Shown here piece by piece: positions 34,997 through 35,993 of a DNA stretch of 35,993 bases (position 1 is its first letter; each line of letters begins with the position of its first letter). The DNA lies in UHGV virus genome UHGV-0194891; one strand, given 5' to 3'. Both the position numbers and the translations under genes were made by a program. A model generated the notes under the pieces. That model made no database searches and was not told the origin of the DNA. It worked only from the letters and a program-made list of their open reading frames with translations. The DNA comes from a virus.

Positions 34997-35311
34997 ATGG
35001 CGTCGAACGGAATTAGCTTTAAAGACAATAATCTTTTAAGTCTCCGAGTTGATGAGATAATTTCCATTGTTACAACCTTTCCGACAAAAAAGGAAGCGTT
35101 AAAAGCTGGTTCTAAATATGGATGGTCATCAGCTTTCCTTATAGAGCGTAGATTTGAAAAGGTTTGGTTGGTGGGGAAAAAGGATTTCCAAAACGACCAT
35201 ATCGGGAAGGTGGAGTTCGAAGTATTCCGCATCCCATTGTTGAGATGGGAAAAGACTGCTGGAATTACACACTGCCCAATTATTTCAGTGCGCAGATATA
35301 AAGCCACATAG
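34997..35311 (+). CDS. Hypothetical early-left protein, AT-rich
   Basis: 104-aa ORF with markedly lower GC than its neighbours; no motif recognised. Confidence 0.45.
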   Translation: MASNGISFKDNNLLSLRVDEIISIVTTFPTKKEALKAGSKYGWSSAFLIERRFEKVWLVGKKDFQNDHIGKVEFEVFRIPLLRWEKTAGITHCPIISVRRYKAT

Positions 35312-35350
35312 TCGGCCTTTATTTTTGGCATAAATACACAGAGGTGAATA

Positions 35351-35602
35351 ATGACAGTAGGAAGAATGAAAAGGCCATGGAATGTTGTTGGCGCTGGATT
35401 TAACGATGATGGGGTTTATTTCACGTTTGACGATACAACCATCCATCGAGATGATGTGAGATTGATGGAGGCAGCTCCTGATTTGCTCGAAGCTCTGCAA
35501 GCGATGCTAAACAAGGCATACAAGCAAAAATTGAATGACCATTATCCTGATGAAGTATCGAAAGCACTGTCAGCAATCAGCAAAGCTCTTGGAGGTGAGT
35601 GA
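35351..35602 (+). CDS. Hypothetical early-left protein
   Basis: 83-aa ORF; its stop overlaps the next start (TGATG). Confidence 0.45.
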   Translation: MTVGRMKRPWNVVGAGFNDDGVYFTFDDTTIHRDDVRLMEAAPDLLEALQAMLNKAYKQKLNDHYPDEVSKALSAISKALGGE

Positions 35603-35802
35603 TGTGCGAGTTTTATGAAGCAGATATCAAACGCCCAGAAATGGCAAGTGATGCGACATTACGTGATTACTTCGCGGCAAAGGCTATGCAAGCAATGATT
35701 AGCAATCCATCGATTATCGATAATGATTCTGATGGAGCTGTTAATTATGCAGCAAGCGCTGCATATAAGTTTGCAGACGCAATGCTCAAAGCTCGCGAAT
35801 AA
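35599..35802 (+). CDS. Hypothetical early-left protein
   Basis: 67-aa acidic ORF, translationally coupled to the previous ORF. Confidence 0.45.
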   Translation: MMCEFYEADIKRPEMASDATLRDYFAAKAMQAMISNPSIIDNDSDGAVNYAASAAYKFADAMLKARE

Positions 35803-35937
35803 GCACTGTGTATTCATTCCAACGAGTGAATACACGGAGCAATGTCGCTCGTAACTAAACATGAGCCGACTTGTTCTGATTATTGGAAATCTTCTTTGCC
35901 CTCACATTGGAGGGCAATTTTTTTGACGGAGGATATA

Positions 35938-35993
35938 TGAGTGAAGTAACAGATTTAGTTGTTATTGAAAAAGCAAATGCAATGACTGTATTT
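35938..35993 (+). CDS. Hypothetical protein, 5' fragment (continues beyond the window)
   Basis: ATG at 35938 preceded by GGAGG; MSEVTDLVVIEKANAMTVF... runs to the window edge. Confidence 0.3.

Noticed and set aside
1-35993. CRISPR arrays, rRNA or tRNA genes, insertion sequences or transposase genes
   Set aside because: Scanning by eye found no regularly spaced direct repeats with unique spacers, no cloverleaf-like or rRNA-like segments, and no transposase-like ORF with terminal inverted repeats. The only regular repeats are the ori iterons and the operator motifs.

Overview
The window is almost entirely one lambdoid temperate phage genome (prophage or circularly permuted phage), read from the sequence and ORF translations only; no database search was run. 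Left to right: the 3' end of a tyrosine integrase (3-104, +), a decayed convergent tail-fibre assembly remnant, then a long minus-strand late operon: tail fibre and Tfa, baseplate, a tape measure with a C-terminal lytic transglycosylase domain, a chaperone with a -1 frameshift site, tube, sheath-like protein, head genes, portal, terminase, and a lysis cassette (lambda S-like holin, P22-like lysozyme, Rz/Rz1). Upstream on the same strand lie a lambda-type Q with PR'/tR', the nin region (NinH, RusA, YbcO-like, antirepressor, NinF, NinE, NinB), a DnaC-like loader, an O-like initiator with ori iterons, cII-like and Cro-like genes. The immunity region has a plus-strand CI repressor (31410-32114), then an AT-rich two-gene cassette (32314-33722) in the position lambda uses for rexAB, a terminator, a PL-like promoter, a P22-type boxB and an N-like antiterminator. 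The most interesting candidate for a new system is that cI-adjacent cassette: a 159-aa protein with a nucleotidyltransferase-like motif, translationally coupled to a 310-aa protein I cannot assign. Two further low-GC insertions look like morons: a secreted protein plus a Cys-rich protein inside the baseplate cluster (4727-5617), and an antisense zinc-ribbon ORF between tR' and the holin (24157-24573). All GC statements are by eye.
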